A program made the position numbers and the translations under genes. A DNA stretch of 64,000 nt from Candidatus Poribacteria bacterium (GTDB lineage Bacteria; Poribacteria; WGA-4E; PCPOR2b): contig OZ244042.1 in the NCBI GenBank assembly GCA_965215015.1, forward strand, positions 1,056,001 through 1,120,000. The letters run 5' to 3'. The notes beneath the pieces are model-generated. The model was not told where the DNA came from and ran no database searches. It saw only the letters and a program-made list of their open reading frames with translations. Shown here piece by piece: positions 61,990 to 64,000 of the stretch; position 1 is the first letter of the stretch; every line of letters begins with the position of its first letter.

Positions 61990-62081
61990 AAAATGCCTCT
62001 CGATTTTTATGACTCGCGAATGTGCACAATGGACGAATCGAGTTGGGGAAACGGTGTGCCCCGCCTCCCGGCTATGATGAC

Positions 62082-62369
62082 CTACTGTTGCGTCGTAAAA
62101 GGTACTAAAGCGATGTTACGCGCACGTTTAATCGCTCTGGTTACCTCCCTTTGATGCTTTGCACAGTTACCCGACACTCGTCGCGGCAGAATTTTACCGC
62201 GGTCCGTCATAAAATTTCTGAGTATTTCAATACTCTTATAATCAATGAAATCTACCTTTTCCGTGCAAAATCGACACCGTTTGCGGCGTCCCCTCCGATA
62301 GGGCATCTCGCGGGAATCTCTGAAGTTGCCCCGGGTATTTCTTGTATTGCCTCGTTGTTCCCTTGCCAA
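62082..62369 (-). CDS. rpsR: 30S ribosomal protein S18
   Basis: CRFC, IDYK, GKILPRR, HQR, IKRAR; TTG start. Confidence 0.95.
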   Translation of the reverse strand: MAREQRGNTRNTRGNFRDSREMPYRRGRRKRCRFCTEKVDFIDYKSIEILRNFMTDRGKILPRRVSGNCAKHQREVTRAIKRARNIALVPFTTQQ

Positions 62370-62468
62370 AATTTCAGTCCTCCAATTGATGGTAGAGAAG
62401 AAAAAGCGGGCATCAACTGGGCCCGCTTTTCGTTCCTAATATTCGTTAAATTCATGCAGTGATTAATC

Positions 62469-62924
62469 TTAGAAAGGAATGTCGTCGTCAGTGGTCGCAG
62501 GTGGTCCCTCTTCCCCCGAAAATCCGGATGGTGATGCGGGGACAGCTCCGGGGGACGCTTGGTCGTAAGCACCACTACCGTCTCCACCTTGACGCCCGCC
62601 TACCAATTGAACCCTTTCAGCAACGACATCTAGCTTGTTGCGTCTTTGTCCATCATCGGTTTCCCATGAATTAAAATTAAGTCGCCCTTCAAGAAACACG
62701 GGACTACCTTTTTTTAAATATTCGTTACAGACTTCTGCTTGTCTTGCCCAAGCAGTTATATCTACAAAACAAACATCTTCCTTTCTTTCCCCAGACTGCC
62801 GATCGTTGTAAACACGGTTGACAGCGATCCCGAATTTTGCCACAGCTGTTCCGCTTGGAAGATACTGTAACTCTGGATCACGGGTAAGGTTTCCCATGAG
62901 TATGACTTTGTTGTAACTTGCCAT
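62469..62924 (-). CDS. ssb: Single-stranded DNA-binding protein
   Basis: NKVILMGNLTRDPE, C-terminal DDDIPF. Confidence 0.97.
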   Translation of the reverse strand: MASYNKVILMGNLTRDPELQYLPSGTAVAKFGIAVNRVYNDRQSGERKEDVCFVDITAWARQAEVCNEYLKKGSPVFLEGRLNFNSWETDDGQRRNKLDVVAERVQLVGGRQGGDGSGAYDQASPGAVPASPSGFSGEEGPPATTDDDIPF

Positions 62925-62982
62925 GATTATTATCTCCTTGTACTTTATATGATGCTATACCTCATCGGCGGTATTAATAACA

Positions 62983-63390
62983 TCAAAAGTATTTGTTTTC
63001 ATCTTCGTCTTCGCTCTCAATATCTCTAAACGGACGAGCACCTGTCGAGTCGCTTCCTTCTCCCCGTGGTGCCGTTGTAGGGCTTGGAGTGGGTGTGGTC
63101 AGATCCCCCTCAAATTGTACAACGATGTGCTTGATTATCCGTTCCGTAATTCGATAGTGCCCGCTTAATTGACTTACAAACTCAGGGCTACTCTCAAATA
63201 CGATACACACATAATAGCCATCAGTGTGCTGCTTAACCGCATAAGCAAGCCTTTTCTTCCCCCATGAATCTGCCCTTAGAATCTTGCCCCCACCAGATCC
63301 AATAGCCGTCTTGACACCTTCAATAACGTCGTTTGTCTGGCTTTCGTCTAGATCTGGATTAATAATAAAAATGGTTTCGTACTGACGCAA
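62983..63390 (-). CDS. rpsF: 30S ribosomal protein S6
   Basis: YETIFI, WGKKRLAY, GYY; TTG start after GGGAGG. Confidence 0.95.
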   Translation of the reverse strand: MRQYETIFIINPDLDESQTNDVIEGVKTAIGSGGGKILRADSWGKKRLAYAVKQHTDGYYVCIVFESSPEFVSQLSGHYRITERIIKHIVVQFEGDLTTPTPSPTTAPRGEGSDSTGARPFRDIESEDEDENKYF

Positions 63391-63515
63391 TGCTTTTGTA
63401 CCTCCCTTTGGACGAATGGCTCCAATCTAAATCTTGACTGATATTTACTCGCAGAGAAAAATTCTCCTGCATATCCCTCATAACAATTCACAATCAGTCA
63501 GTTATGGAGCAGAGA
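63391..63515 (-). promoter_or_regulatory. Putative rpsF leader (S6:S18-binding) RNA
   Basis: Minus strand: ctctgctcca ... tggagccattcgtccaaagggaggt; GCTCCA/TGGAGC pairing just before the SD resembles Firmicute rpsF leaders. Confidence 0.5.
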
Positions 63516-63752
63516 TTAACTGAATTATATCATAATTCGCTTGCTTTATCAACCGTTTTTAGCTAGACGCAGAAATATGTTACAGAGGCCCTTGTGAAGT
63601 GAGATTCGATTGGGGCAAATGAGCAAATGGGAGTCAATTCCGAGAGAATTAAAGTAAAAGCAGATTCTTATAGACAACATCTGGTTCGCATACTATAATT
63701 TGTGTGGCTGCGACGGTATGGATTCGCATACTATCTTTAGTTGAAAGGAGTA

Positions 63753-64000
63753 ATGACAATGTTACCCAAAACCTACTTCTATCTTGGCGTTGGAGTTTTG
63801 CTCATTACCACTATCGGTTGTCAACCCCAAACCTTACAAAGCCCCCTCTTTGAACCGCCTCCAGAACTAAACAATTTCGCTCTGCTCGACAAAGGGGCAA
63901 CCGTTGAAGCTTCACAATACCTCCCCAATCACCTACCCGAAGAGGTGATCGATGGGGATACCTCTTCCGAAACGTGGGATGAAGGTAGTGGTTGGGGGTG
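63753..64000 (+). CDS. Lipoprotein with discoidin (F5/8 type C)-like start, partial
   Basis: AAGGAG RBS; MTMLPK...TIGC...NFALLDKGATVEAS...VIDGD...W; runs off window. Confidence 0.75.
   Translation, partial: MTMLPKTYFYLGVGVLLITTIGCQPQTLQSPLFEPPPELNNFALLDKGATVEASQYLPNHLPEEVIDGDTSSETWDEGSGWG

Overview
Bacterial chromosomal window. It is most consistent with Candidatus Poribacteria (inference from the many PhyH dioxygenases, an 'AVxPKGK...WGxIK' C-terminal motif and GTAG-type REP and 9-mer intergenic repeats). It starts in the 3' end of valS. About 47 kb of accessory catabolic genes follow (PhyH, SDRs, TIM-barrel epimerases, hydantoinase A, aminotransferase, qNor, MqnC), with many deletion-type pseudogenes. 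The window ends in a minus-strand core block (rpsF-ssb-rpsR-rplI-dnaB-mlaEFD-radA-PIN/TRAM-ispD-ispF-cysS-dprA). Highlights: (1) a signal-peptide rhodanese whose active-site CxC is encoded as TGA-AGC-TGA and followed by a hairpin, a candidate double-selenocysteine exported protein that the ORF track truncates; (2) tandem two-gene modules (small Cys-clasped aromatic/basic peptide plus a membrane-anchored partner with a near-identical 3' repeat) next to Cre-like recombinase fragments at two loci; (3) palindromic repeats inserted in frame in coding genes; (4) a decayed IS200/IS605 tnpB end. All calls come from reading the sequence; no database searches were run.
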